Shown: positions 32,380-42,090 of the stretch, in pieces
How the letters are laid out: every line of letters begins with the position of its first letter
Position numbering within the stretch: position 1 is the first letter of the stretch
Assembly: GCA_043821645.1 (NCBI GenBank)
Contig: JBDRCO010000043.1
Location: forward strand, 113,523-177,522
Length of the DNA stretch: 64,000 bases
Direction of reading: 5' to 3'
From: Pseudomonadota bacterium
GTDB taxonomy: Bacteria > Myxococcota > JACRCW01 > JAFGSX01
Notes under the pieces: generated by a model
Database searches by the model: none
Told to the model about the DNA's origin: nothing
The model's input: only the letters and a program-made list of their open reading frames with translations
Program-made: the position numbers and the translations under genes

Positions 32380-33669
32380 ATGACGCGCCCGCTCGCTCCC
32401 CTGGCCGTGCTCGCGCTGATCCCGCTGTTCGCGACCGGCTGCATGACCTCGTCTGCCATCCAGCAGCGCGCTGATGTCGTCAAGATCGACATCGAGAAGG
32501 CCCGCAAGTCCGGCGCCTACCGCTGCAGCCCCGAGGCCCTGGCGCGCGCCGAGGCCAACCTCGAGTTCACCGAGAACGAACTCAGGCAGGGCGACTTCAT
32601 CCGCGCCGGCGAACACGTCAACGTCGCCATGGACAACATCAAGAAGGCCCTGAGCGAGAGCAAGGACTGCGGGCCCAAGCGGGTGCTGATCAAGAAGCCC
32701 AAGGCGCCGGTGGTGGTGCAGATCACCAAGACCGACAAGGACGGAGACGGCATCCTCGACGACGTCGACCAGTGTCCCGAGCAGCCCGAAGACATGGACG
32801 GCTTCGAGGACGAGGATGGTTGTCCCGACGTCGACAACGACCAGGATGGCGTGTTCGACACCGAGGACCTGTGCCCCAACACCCCGGGACCGGTCGAGAA
32901 CCAGGGTTGCCCGGTCGAGGACCGCGACGGTGACGGCATCCTGGACAAGGTGGACCAGTGCCCCGACGAGCCCGAGGACATGGACGGCGACCGCGACACC
33001 GACGGTTGCCCCGACGTCGATCTGGACTCCGACGGCGACGGCATCCTGGACAAGGTGGACCAGTGTCCTGCAGATCCCGAGGACAAGGATGGCTTCGAGG
33101 ATGAAGATGGCTGCCCGGACGTCGACAACGACAAGGACGGCCTGCTCGACACCATCGACAAGTGTCCCAATGACGCGGGTCCGCCGGAGAACAGCGGCTG
33201 CCCGATCATGGACCGCGATGGTGACGGCATCAACGACTCCGAGGACAAGTGCCCCGACGAACCGGGCGTGCCCGAGGAGCAGGGCTGTCCCAAGAAGTAC
33301 AGCCTCATCGTGGTCAAGAAGGAAAAGATCGAGATCAAGCAGCAGGTGCACTTCGCCACGGCCAAGGCCAACATCCTGCCCGACAGCTTCGAGTTGCTGT
33401 CGCAGGTCGCCGACGCCGTCAAGAGCGCCAAGATCAAGAAGGTGCTCATCGAGGGCCACACCGACAGCCAGGGCGGCGATGCCTACAACATGAAGCTGAG
33501 CCAGCGCCGAGCCGAGTCGGTGCGCGACCACCTCATCGAGAAGGGCGGTGTGGATCCCGACGTGCTCGAGTCCGTGGGCTTTGGCGAGACCCGACCCATC
33601 GCCAGCAACAAGACGGCCAAGGGCCGCGCTCTCAACCGCCGCACCGAGTTCAAGATCATCGAGCGCTAG
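32380..33669 (+). CDS. Lipoprotein: DUF4398-like + thrombospondin type-3 repeats + OmpA C-terminal peptidoglycan-binding domain
   Basis: FATGC lipobox; DxDGDGILD..DQCP repeats; VHFATAKANI, IEGHTDSQG, NMKLSQRRAESV, GFGETRP, NRRTEF. Confidence 0.9.
   Translation: MTRPLAPLAVLALIPLFATGCMTSSAIQQRADVVKIDIEKARKSGAYRCSPEALARAEANLEFTENELRQGDFIRAGEHVNVAMDNIKKALSESKDCGPKRVLIKKPKAPVVVQITKTDKDGDGILDDVDQCPEQPEDMDGFEDEDGCPDVDNDQDGVFDTEDLCPNTPGPVENQGCPVEDRDGDGILDKVDQCPDEPEDMDGDRDTDGCPDVDLDSDGDGILDKVDQCPADPEDKDGFEDEDGCPDVDNDKDGLLDTIDKCPNDAGPPENSGCPIMDRDGDGINDSEDKCPDEPGVPEEQGCPKKYSLIVVKKEKIEIKQQVHFATAKANILPDSFELLSQVADAVKSAKIKKVLIEGHTDSQGGDAYNMKLSQRRAESVRDHLIEKGGVDPDVLESVGFGETRPIASNKTAKGRALNRRTEFKIIER
32734..33291 (+). 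repeat. Intragenic TSP3 Ca-binding repeats
   Basis: About six DxDxDG...CP units; identical DNA GACGGCATCCTGGACAAGGTGGACCAGTG near 32932 and 33037. Confidence 0.85.
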
Positions 33670-33708
33670 GCGCTCGGATCGCCCCGCGCCGCTCAACGGC
33701 GCTCGTCG

Positions 33709-36042
33709 ATGGCCAGTAATCAACACGACCCCATTCGCCACCGCCCGTCGGTCGTCACCCGGCAGGTCGCCCGTGCTCGCTACCTGGTATTCGTGGCCCT
33801 GCTCGGGGTCTCGATCGTTCTGGGCTGGCACGCCCGCTCCCTGCAATTCGACTTCTCGGTCGACGCCGTGTACGTGTCCGAGGATCCCGAGCTGCGCTTC
33901 TATCGCGAGATCGTGGCGCCGGCCTTTGGCTCCGGCGACAACATGCTGGCGGTGCTGGTGGTCGGCGCGCCCCTGCTCTCGTCTGCCGCCCTGGCCGACC
34001 TGGGGCGCGTGCACGAGACCATTGCCGCGTTGCCGGGCGTGACCGAGGTGCGCTCCCTGGTCAATGCCCGGGTCCCCGTCGAGGACGGCGACGTGTTCTC
34101 CCTGCTGCCCTTGTTTGCGAACGGCCGGGCCCCCGTCGACGACGCAGGCATCGCCCTGCTGCGCCAGCGCATGCAGCGCGCGCCCAGTCTGAAAGGGCGG
34201 CTGCTGTCGAGTGATCTGACCACCGCCGCGGTGGTGGCCTTTCTCGACGGGAGCATGAAGAGCCAGCACCAGCGAGGGGCCCTGGTGCGCCTGGCCGAAA
34301 AGGCCCTGGCGCCAGTGATCGCGGCGGCCAGCCCCGGGGTACAGATCCGACTCAGCGGCATCCCGGTGTTCTCGGAGAACCTGACCGAGCTGCTCAAGCG
34401 CGATCAGATGACCTTCGTCCCTGGCGTGCTGCTGGTCATGGGGATCCTGCTGTGGCTCGCCTTTCGGTCGCTGCGCGGCGTGCTGTTGCCCTTCGTGGCG
34501 ACGGGCACAGCCACCCTGTGGACCCTGGGCGTGATGAGCATCGAGGGCCACTCGATCAACGTCGCCAACAATGCCATCGTGGTGCTGCTGCTGGTCATCG
34601 GGGTCAGCGACGCCATCCACCTGCTGTCCCGCTTCGAAGAGGAGCTGCGCCTGCAGCGCGCAGCCGGGATCACGCCGGGCAAGCTCAAGACCGTGGCCGT
34701 GGTGACCGAGCACCTGGGCCTGGCCTGCCTGCTCACCTCGATGACGACGGCGGTGGGTTTCGGTTCACTCATCGTGGCGCGCCTGCCCATCATCCAGGAG
34801 TTCGGGGCCGACGCGGCCATCGGCGTGATGCTGGCCTGGCTGGTCACCATTGGCCTGGTGCCCGCACTGCTGGCCATCCTGCCTCTCCCCGGCCCCCGGC
34901 GGGCAATGCCCACCGAGCTCAGCGATCGCTTTCTGGGAGCGCTGGCTCGCTTCGCCCTGCGCCGTCGCCACCTGGTGGTGATCGCGGCCCTGCTCGTGAC
35001 CGCGCTCAGCATCTTCGGCGCCTCGCGCCTTCGCGCCCACGATCGCATCCTGGCGGAACTGCCGGCGGGTCACCCCTCACTGGAGACCCTGCGCCTGGCC
35101 ACCGACAAGCTGGGCGGCTTCATTCCTTTTGACATCGTCCTCGAGACGCCCCCTGGCCGCGCCGACGATCCCGATGTGCTGGCCGGTCTGGACGACCTCC
35201 AGCGCTACATCGAGAGCCAACCGCGCGCGCCAAGCGCCCTGTCGGTGATGGATCTTCTCGACGGCGTCGATCGTGCCGTGCGCGGCGACGCGCGGGAGCC
35301 TCTGGCCTGGACCCCGGAGCGCGTGGCGCAGTACCTGCTGCTGGTGGAGCTGGCCCCGGACGGCGAGCGCGAGCTGCGGCCCTACCTGTCGTCGCGACGA
35401 GACCTCGCACGCATCGCCTGCTTCGCGGACGACGTGGGCACCGGCGTGGTGCTGGCCTGGCACGATGCGCTGCTGAAACGGGGGGCCGAGGTGCTGCCCG
35501 CCGACGTCGTCGTGCACGTCACGGGTCCGCTGGTGGTGACCTCGAGCGCGCTCACCCTCGTGGTCAACGACATGTTCTCGTCGCTGGCATTGGCCCTCGT
35601 CGTCATCCTGGTGGTCATGGGGCTGCTGTTCCGCTCGGCGCGCATCGGGGTACTGGCCCTGGTCCCCAACGCAGTGCCGGTGCTCATGGCGCTCGGCGTC
35701 ATGGGGCTGTCCGGCATCAGCTTGCGGCCCGCCACGGCGGTGATCTTCTCGATGGCCCTGGGTATCGCGGTCGACAACTCGATCCACTTCCTGTCGCGGT
35801 ATCGCGAGGAACGCGCGCAACGCGAAGATGTGGCCGCCGCCATCGAGGCTGCGGTGCGAGGCACCGGCCGGCCGATCCTGTACACCACGGTGATGCTCTC
35901 GGCGGGTCTGGGTGTACTCCTGCTGTCGGACTTCGTGGCCCTGCAGCACCTCGCCATCCTGGGCTCGACCACCTTCGCCAGTGCCATGGTGGTCGACTTG
36001 CTGCTGCTCCCCGTCCTGCTGTGGTGGCTCAAGCCGCGCTGA
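33709..36042 (+). CDS. MMPL/RND family transporter
   Basis: Two repeats of periplasmic domain + TM bundle; IGVSDAIHLLSRF, LLTSMTTAVGFGSL, LGIAVDNSIHFLSRY. Confidence 0.9.
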   Translation: MASNQHDPIRHRPSVVTRQVARARYLVFVALLGVSIVLGWHARSLQFDFSVDAVYVSEDPELRFYREIVAPAFGSGDNMLAVLVVGAPLLSSAALADLGRVHETIAALPGVTEVRSLVNARVPVEDGDVFSLLPLFANGRAPVDDAGIALLRQRMQRAPSLKGRLLSSDLTTAAVVAFLDGSMKSQHQRGALVRLAEKALAPVIAAASPGVQIRLSGIPVFSENLTELLKRDQMTFVPGVLLVMGILLWLAFRSLRGVLLPFVATGTATLWTLGVMSIEGHSINVANNAIVVLLLVIGVSDAIHLLSRFEEELRLQRAAGITPGKLKTVAVVTEHLGLACLLTSMTTAVGFGSLIVARLPIIQEFGADAAIGVMLAWLVTIGLVPALLAILPLPGPRRAMPTELSDRFLGALARFALRRRHLVVIAALLVTALSIFGASRLRAHDRILAELPAGHPSLETLRLATDKLGGFIPFDIVLETPPGRADDPDVLAGLDDLQRYIESQPRAPSALSVMDLLDGVDRAVRGDAREPLAWTPERVAQYLLLVELAPDGERELRPYLSSRRDLARIACFADDVGTGVVLAWHDALLKRGAEVLPADVVVHVTGPLVVTSSALTLVVNDMFSSLALALVVILVVMGLLFRSARIGVLALVPNAVPVLMALGVMGLSGISLRPATAVIFSMALGIAVDNSIHFLSRYREERAQREDVAAAIEAAVRGTGRPILYTTVMLSAGLGVLLLSDFVALQHLAILGSTTFASAMVVDLLLLPVLLWWLKPR

Positions 36043-36123
36043 AGCTCTGGCCTCTTTCGTGACGGCTCACACGCGCGCTGGATGCAGGTCGAGAACCGAT
36101 CGCGGGCCCGGACCCGCCTTCGC

Positions 36124-37266
36124 TCAGGTCCACACACCTGGAATGGCGCGCTGGCAGCGAGGGCAATGGCCGGCGACCAGATTGTTCTCGACCACGCTGA
36201 AACCGGTGCGGCGAATCAGCAAGGCCCGGCAGCCTGGACAGCTGGTGTTCTCGCCCGGGTGCCCGCGGACGTTGCCCATGTACACGAAATCCAGGCCCTC
36301 GGCCCTGGCAACGTCGTAGCAGCGCTCGAGGGTGGCCACCGGCGTGGGCGGCAGGTTCTTCATGCGATAGGTCGGGTGAAAACGCGTGAAGTGCAGCGGG
36401 GTCTCACGACCGAGGTTGCGGCGGACGAAACGGGCAAGCTGCGCGACCTCGCGCTCGTCGTCATTGTGACCGGGCAGCACCAGCACCACGATCTCGAGCC
36501 ACACGCCAGCCTTCTTGATGATCTGCAAGCTGTGCAACACCGGCTGCAGCCTGGCGGCACACAGCTCCTCGTAGAAGCGGTTGCCAAAGGCCTTGAGGTC
36601 CACCTTGTAGGCCGTGATGTGAGGCAACAGCTCCAGCAGCGGTTTCTCCTCGATGTAGCCGTTGCTCACCACCACCGAACGCACGCCGGTGCGCGCGCCC
36701 AGACGCGCGGTATCGAGCATGTATTCGTAAAAGATGACGGGCTCGGTGTAGGTGTAGGCGATGAAAGGTGCACCGTCGGCGCTGGCGAGGGCGTGGCATT
36801 GCTCGGGAGAGACCCGTCGCGCGGCCACCTGCTCGGGCCGGTACTGCGAGATCTCCCAGTTCTGACAGAACTTGCACTCCATGTTGCAGCCGGTGGTGGC
36901 GACGGAGAAGGCCAGGCCACCCGGCACAACGTGAAAGAAGGGCTTCTTCTCGATGGGATCGGTGTGCATGGACACCAGGCGCGAGTGCACCAGCGAGTGG
37001 TAGGTGCCGCCGCGGTTCTCGCGCACACCGCAATAACCGCGCTCGAGGTCCGCGACCTGGCAGCGCCGCGGGCACAGCTCGCAGCGCACGCGCAGGCGAT
37101 CCAGCTTCTGGTAGTGCCTGGCCTCGATCAGGGGGTAGCCCGTGTCGTCGACACCGACCTGCGAGCTGGCCTGATCCTCCGCCCGCGCCAGGCGCGCCAG
37201 CGCCAGGCACCCCAGGCCGCAGGCTCCAGACTGCAGCAGATCGCGCCGGGTCAGCTTCGGGCTCAT
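36124..37266 (-). CDS. amrS: AmmeMemoRadiSam-type radical SAM enzyme with Tat-like signal
   Basis: TRRDLL; CELCPRRC...GYCGVREN, DPIEKKPFFHVVPG, GCNMECKFCQNWEISQ, AYTYTEP, PLHFTRFHP, TSCPGC, CPRC. Confidence 0.88.
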   Translation of the reverse strand: MSPKLTRRDLLQSGACGLGCLALARLARAEDQASSQVGVDDTGYPLIEARHYQKLDRLRVRCELCPRRCQVADLERGYCGVRENRGGTYHSLVHSRLVSMHTDPIEKKPFFHVVPGGLAFSVATTGCNMECKFCQNWEISQYRPEQVAARRVSPEQCHALASADGAPFIAYTYTEPVIFYEYMLDTARLGARTGVRSVVVSNGYIEEKPLLELLPHITAYKVDLKAFGNRFYEELCAARLQPVLHSLQIIKKAGVWLEIVVLVLPGHNDDEREVAQLARFVRRNLGRETPLHFTRFHPTYRMKNLPPTPVATLERCYDVARAEGLDFVYMGNVRGHPGENTSCPGCRALLIRRTGFSVVENNLVAGHCPRCQRAIPGVWT

Positions 37267-38255
37267 GCCTCGATCACCTGGACCCTGGACAGATCCGCCT
37301 CACCCAGCCCGTGGGCGGCGGCCAGGGCCAACCAGCGCGGGGGCCGACCCGCCTCCTGCAACGATGGCAATCCCTTGGCGCGCCTCCTGTCCTCGAGAAT
37401 GCGCGCGCCCAGGGCATCCAGCGCCACGGGGTCCGTCGAGGCCAGCACGGCCTCGTAGGGCCACAGGAAGTCCGGCGCGTAGGCGGGCCCACCCTGGCAC
37501 TGCGCGTACAGCGCATCGCACACCACCAGTCGCGTCTTGTGCCGCAGCGGGCTCAGTGCACTCAGATCGGCGACGTAAGGGCTGCACTGGTGGTCGTGGT
37601 ACTTGTTGGGATTGTGGATGGCGCCGTACCAGTTCTTCAGGCTCAGGGACACGCCCGCCAGGTCGTGGTCCTTGAGCACGGGTGCATTGATCTGGGCCGT
37701 ACAGGTGCGGGTGACCAGGCGCGACAGGCAACCGCCCACGCTGCCGGCCTCTGTGGGCTCGGCCTCGTAGTCGCCGTCGGTGCCGAGCACGCGCAGCGAG
37801 AAGCGCTCCTTCTGCACGGTGTAGCCCGCGCGAGTGAGTTCTCGCGACGAGCGCTCCCAGATGATCACGTTGAAGGGTTTGACCCCGCCGAGCTGCACAC
37901 CCTCGGCCAGCGCCAGGGCCACCTCGGGCCGGGTCGACATGCGCTTGCCGGCGAGGCAGTTGACCTTGATTCCCACCACGTCGTCCGGGCCGAACAGCGA
38001 GGCAAAGGCATCGCGGGCGCTGCCCAGGCCCGTGGCGTCCTGCACGGCGCGGAACACCATCTCCCGCACCACGCGGTCGCGCACGCGGCCGCCCTCGAGC
38101 GTGACGCCGGGGCGCCTCACCAGAGCCACGCGGCTGCGCGACCTGGAAACGGCACCGGCAGCACTTGCAAGCAGCAGCTCGAGGGCAGGTGTCAGCGCCA
38201 GCGCCCCTGCCGCGGCTCCACCGTGCTGGACGAACTGTCGCCGGCTGCATCCCAT
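37263..38255 (-). CDS. DUF362 domain protein with Tat-like signal
   Basis: SRRQFVQ; VGIKVN, STRPEV, INAPVLKDH..AGVSLSLKNWYG, LASTDPVALD. Confidence 0.85.
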   Translation of the reverse strand: MGCSRRQFVQHGGAAAGALALTPALELLLASAAGAVSRSRSRVALVRRPGVTLEGGRVRDRVVREMVFRAVQDATGLGSARDAFASLFGPDDVVGIKVNCLAGKRMSTRPEVALALAEGVQLGGVKPFNVIIWERSSRELTRAGYTVQKERFSLRVLGTDGDYEAEPTEAGSVGGCLSRLVTRTCTAQINAPVLKDHDLAGVSLSLKNWYGAIHNPNKYHDHQCSPYVADLSALSPLRHKTRLVVCDALYAQCQGGPAYAPDFLWPYEAVLASTDPVALDALGARILEDRRRAKGLPSLQEAGRPPRWLALAAAHGLGEADLSRVQVIEA

Positions 38256-38382
38256 GAGCCGCAGCTTAGCGCAGATCACCCCGGCCGTGGCGGGCAAGCC
38301 CGGGGCGCGTGGGCCTGCGCACCGGGAGTGATCGTTCGCAGGGCACGACCTGAGGGCCGCAGCCGTGTAAAATGTCTGGCAC

Positions 38383-38850
38383 ATGCTGCGACCACACCCC
38401 CGCTGGCTGACCCTCCTCGCGCCTCTTTTGGTGTGCGCCTGCGGTTACAACGCCCTCGACGGCTCCATCGACGACACCCACGCCCTGGATTTCACCCGCA
38501 CCCGCATCGTCAAGCAGGACCAGCAGCTGGTGGTGGAGTACCTGCGCGACTCGCGCGAGGCCGTCGAGAAGGTGTGCAAGCTGGTCGCCAGGCTCGACGG
38601 GCTCGAGCTGCCGGCCGACCAGATGATCGAGCTCAAGGATGCGGATTTCTTGCAGCGCGTGGGCCTGCAGCGCGCCACCCTGGTCGATAATGGCTTTCCC
38701 CAGATCGAGAGCGGACGCCTGCAGCTTGATCAGATCGTGTTCGAGCACGGCGGAACGGCGCGCGGCCTGTTCGAGGTGGAGTTCGAGACCCACCGCAGCC
38801 TCGATGGCTGGTTCGATGGCGTCATCGCCGAGATCGCCCCTCCCCCATGA
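38383..38850 (+). CDS. Hypothetical lipoprotein
   Basis: LLVCAC-G lipobox; beta-rich 155 aa; TAAAAT box upstream. Confidence 0.6.
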   Translation: MLRPHPRWLTLLAPLLVCACGYNALDGSIDDTHALDFTRTRIVKQDQQLVVEYLRDSREAVEKVCKLVARLDGLELPADQMIELKDADFLQRVGLQRATLVDNGFPQIESGRLQLDQIVFEHGGTARGLFEVEFETHRSLDGWFDGVIAEIAPPP

Positions 38851-38896
38851 CGGCCGCGCCAGGCTCACGGGCCGGGAACACAGGAATCGAGAGAAC

Positions 38897-41854
38897 ATGA
38901 TCTCCGTTCTTCCCTTTCTCGTCACCGGCCTCGTCGCCGCCGACCTTCAAGGACCTCTCACCACGCCGCTGTTCGACGGCAGCGCCCAGGTGATCGCCAT
39001 CGAGCCCGGCGCTGACCGTGTCACCGTGGTGGTGGGTCCCGGCTTCTTTGCGACGCGCGCCGATCAGGAGATCGCGGAGCAGGACCGCCTCGACGCCGTG
39101 CTCGGCGTGCTCGAGAGCCTGGGGCCCTTTCGCGAGGTGCGCCTCGTGATCGAACAGGACGGCGTGCGCCGGGCACCACCACGTCGCCAGTGGCCAGCCC
39201 TGCACAGGCCCCAGACCAACGCGGAGTCCCGGCCACCGCTGTGGCGCGTGGATCCGCCGAGCACGCGCTTCCCCTACGGCGCTCCCCTGGCGGGCAAGAC
39301 GGTGGCCATCTCGGCGGGCCATGGCTGGATAGACGACAACGGACCCTGGCGCACCCAGCGCGGCCTCATCTCCTTTGACGGCTGCGGCACCTGCCGCGGC
39401 ATCGTCGAGGATTTCTCCAACGGCGACCTGGTGGCGCGCTGGCTGGCGCCCTATCTCGAGGCGGCCGGCGCCCATGTGGTGGTGGTGCGCGAGCGCGAAC
39501 TGTCCACCCAGCTCGACCTCGTCGACGATGGGGATGCCCGCTACAGTGAGACCGGAGCCTGGAGCACAGGCAGCTCCGCCGGTGGCTGGGGCGGAGACTA
39601 CCGCACCTGCGCCCAGGGCTCCGGCGGTGAGGCACACTACAGGTTGCAGGTGCCGCGCAGCGAGCCTTTGCTGCTCACCCTGCGCGTGCGCGAGGGCAGC
39701 AACCGCACCAGCGGCGCCGCGGTCGACGTTCTCGACGGCGCAGGCACCACCCGCTACGCGGTGGACATGCGCGCTTTTGGCCAGCGCTTCATGCCTCTGG
39801 GCGTGCACGGTGCGGTGGCCGGCCAGGACCTCGAGGTGGTCATTCACCACGGCCTCGACGACGGCTTTCTGGTCGCCGACGCGGTGCGCCTGGGTGGCGG
39901 CGAGCACCCTGCGGGCTACCCGTGGTGGCAGATGAGCGCGTACACCTACGTGCACTACGCCGAGGCCTCGACCGACGTGCTCAGCCGCGGCGACGTGACC
40001 ATTCGCCCGGCCTACGCCGAGTACGCCGGCGCCGACGTGTACCTGTCGCTGCATTCCAACGCCACCGGCACCACCAGCCAGGCCTCGGGCACCACCACCT
40101 ATCGCTTCAACTGCCTGACCTATGCCGATCACTCGACAGATCCGCCAGCTGCGGACTGCGACGACCCCGTGGGCAGTGACAGCTTGCAGGAACTGGTGCA
40201 GGACAAGCTGGTGGCCAGACTGCGCGCGAGCTGGGATGGCAACTGGTGCGATCGCGGCACCCGCGTCGCGAACTTTGGCGAACTCCGCGAGCTGGTCGAC
40301 ATGCCTGGAGCCCTGGTCGAGCTGGCCTTTCACGACAACGTCGGCGCCGCCACGTGCTCGACGGGACCGGCCCCGGCCCAGGGCGACAACAAGTCCCTGC
40401 ACGAGCCCGAGTTCCGGCGCCTGGCCGGCTTTGGCATGTATGAGGGCCTGCTCGAGTTCCTGGCGCCGGGTGCACCGGCGGTGCTGCCTGCCCCCACACA
40501 CCTGATCGCGACCTCCACCGACGACGGGCGCTTCCGGGTCCGCTGGCGCAGCGTGAGCGGCGCGCGCGGGTATCGGGTTTACCTGGCCCGCGGCGATCGC
40601 GCCCTCGACCAGGGCCACGACGTCACCGGCACCGAGATCTTCTTCACCGACCTGGAGCCTCTGCAGGTGGCCTGCCTGCGCATCGCCGTGCTCAATGAGG
40701 GCGGCGTGGGCCTGCCAGGACCGACCCTGTGTGCCCGACCCCGCATGGCGCGCACCGACGTGGCCCCGGCCGAGGTGCTGCTGGTCGACGGCTTCGATCG
40801 CGAGGATGCCTGGGTGCAGGAGCTCGACAACAGCCACGACGCCACCCGTCGTCCGGCCCACGCCGTGGCAGCCATCACCGAGTTCGACGCCGCCGCCGAC
40901 GCCGCCACTGACGAGGCCATCGCCGACGGCGATCTGGCCCTGGGACCGTATCGCGCCGCGATCTTCGGCTTTGGCCTGGAGTCCACCGTGGATCGCACCT
41001 TCACCGCCGCCCTGAAGCCCGTGGTCGAGGCCTACCAGGCCTCGGGCGGTGGCGTGGTTGTCAGTGGCGCCGAGGTGTTCTGGGAGATGTGGCGCACCGG
41101 CGACACCGGCGATCAGACCTGGATGGAGCAGCGCTTCGGTGCGGGCTTCGCCGACGACGATGCCGCGACCTTTGATCTTCTGGCCACCACCAGTGGACCC
41201 TTGGCTGGCCTGGGCGCTTTCTCTTTTTGCTGCGACAGCGGGGTCGACGATCGCTACCTGGTGCACTGGCCCGACGTGCTGACCACCGCCGGCAGTGGCC
41301 AGATCGCCCTGCGCTACCCTGACGACACCGCAGCGGCCGTGGCCCTGACTGGCAACGCGCCCACGGTGGCGCTTGGCTTCCCCTTCGAGACCGTGGTCGG
41401 CGCCACCGCCCGCCGCGATCTCATGCGCGCCCTTTTGGGCGTGGTGGCCCCGGACATCGCCGTCGACGACTGGGACCTGGACGGCATGCCCGACGCCTGG
41501 GAGGCGCAGTATGGCTTTGACAGCGGCGACAGCAGCGACGCCAGTGCTGACGCGGACAACGATGGGCAGAGCAACCTGAGCGAGTACCAGGCCGGCACCA
41601 ACCCGCGCGACGGCCAGACCACCTGGGACGCGGGACGCACCGACACCGTGGGACCGGACGTGGTGGGAACCGATGTGCAGGGAGATGCCGGGCTGGCAGA
41701 TCGCCACGGTGCCGACGCGGGCCAGCCCCCGGACGACGGCTGTGGCTGTCGGGGTTGCGGCGACTGTGGCGAGTGCAGTACGCAGCGCGATCGATCGGGT
41801 GTCCTGCTCACCCTGGGCCTGCTGTTTGGCCTGTGGCGTCGCCGGCCGCGCTGA
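38897..41854 (+). CDS. N-acetylmuramoyl-L-alanine amidase (Amidase_3) multidomain surface protein with inserted CBM/golvesin-like domain, FN3, TSP3-like motif and MYXO-CTERM-like tail
   Basis: VAISAGHG, VED, YLSLHSNA, LVELAFHDN; VADAVRLGGG; VRWRSVSGARGYRVY; DWDLDGMPDAWE...NLSEYQAGTNP; DDGCGC..TM-RRRPR. Confidence 0.8.
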   Translation: MISVLPFLVTGLVAADLQGPLTTPLFDGSAQVIAIEPGADRVTVVVGPGFFATRADQEIAEQDRLDAVLGVLESLGPFREVRLVIEQDGVRRAPPRRQWPALHRPQTNAESRPPLWRVDPPSTRFPYGAPLAGKTVAISAGHGWIDDNGPWRTQRGLISFDGCGTCRGIVEDFSNGDLVARWLAPYLEAAGAHVVVVRERELSTQLDLVDDGDARYSETGAWSTGSSAGGWGGDYRTCAQGSGGEAHYRLQVPRSEPLLLTLRVREGSNRTSGAAVDVLDGAGTTRYAVDMRAFGQRFMPLGVHGAVAGQDLEVVIHHGLDDGFLVADAVRLGGGEHPAGYPWWQMSAYTYVHYAEASTDVLSRGDVTIRPAYAEYAGADVYLSLHSNATGTTSQASGTTTYRFNCLTYADHSTDPPAADCDDPVGSDSLQELVQDKLVARLRASWDGNWCDRGTRVANFGELRELVDMPGALVELAFHDNVGAATCSTGPAPAQGDNKSLHEPEFRRLAGFGMYEGLLEFLAPGAPAVLPAPTHLIATSTDDGRFRVRWRSVSGARGYRVYLARGDRALDQGHDVTGTEIFFTDLEPLQVACLRIAVLNEGGVGLPGPTLCARPRMARTDVAPAEVLLVDGFDREDAWVQELDNSHDATRRPAHAVAAITEFDAAADAATDEAIADGDLALGPYRAAIFGFGLESTVDRTFTAALKPVVEAYQASGGGVVVSGAEVFWEMWRTGDTGDQTWMEQRFGAGFADDDAATFDLLATTSGPLAGLGAFSFCCDSGVDDRYLVHWPDVLTTAGSGQIALRYPDDTAAAVALTGNAPTVALGFPFETVVGATARRDLMRALLGVVAPDIAVDDWDLDGMPDAWEAQYGFDSGDSSDASADADNDGQSNLSEYQAGTNPRDGQTTWDAGRTDTVGPDVVGTDVQGDAGLADRHGADAGQPPDDGCGCRGCGDCGECSTQRDRSGVLLTLGLLFGLWRRRPR

Positions 41855-41947
41855 ACCCGCATTCTTTTCCCGTCGTCACGCAGCCTGCCAGCAGCCCTTC
41901 GCACTTCGGTGCATCGTCAGCAGCTCACCCCTTCGATCGGCCAAAAA

Positions 41948-41977
41948 TTGGACGGCGCCATCTGGCGACCTTAGGGT
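41948..41977 (+). promoter_or_regulatory. Putative sigma70-type promoter of the PilZ gene
   Basis: TTGGAC-N18-TAGGGT preceded by an A-tract. Confidence 0.35.
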
Positions 41978-42090
41978 GAAGCAGGAGCCCCTGGTGGCAG
42001 GGCGACGTCGAGTGGAGCCGGGTTGCACCGCAGCCCCGCACTCTTGACGCGACCCGGATCGCGCACCTGGGAAGCCCACAGGAGGTGACC

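Noticed and set aside
32380-33669. TraB (TraAB kin-recognition) assignment
   Set aside because: Has TSP3 + OmpA but no N-terminal beta-barrel and no adjacent TraA-like gene
41960-42035. c-di-GMP-II riboswitch-like word order (GTGAAG...GGGCGAC...TGGAG...GTTGC) upstream of the PilZ gene
   Set aside because: The required P2/P3 stems cannot be paired, a competing CCCTG/CAGGG hairpin exists, and the 5' part overlaps a likely -10 box; an Infernal scan would settle it
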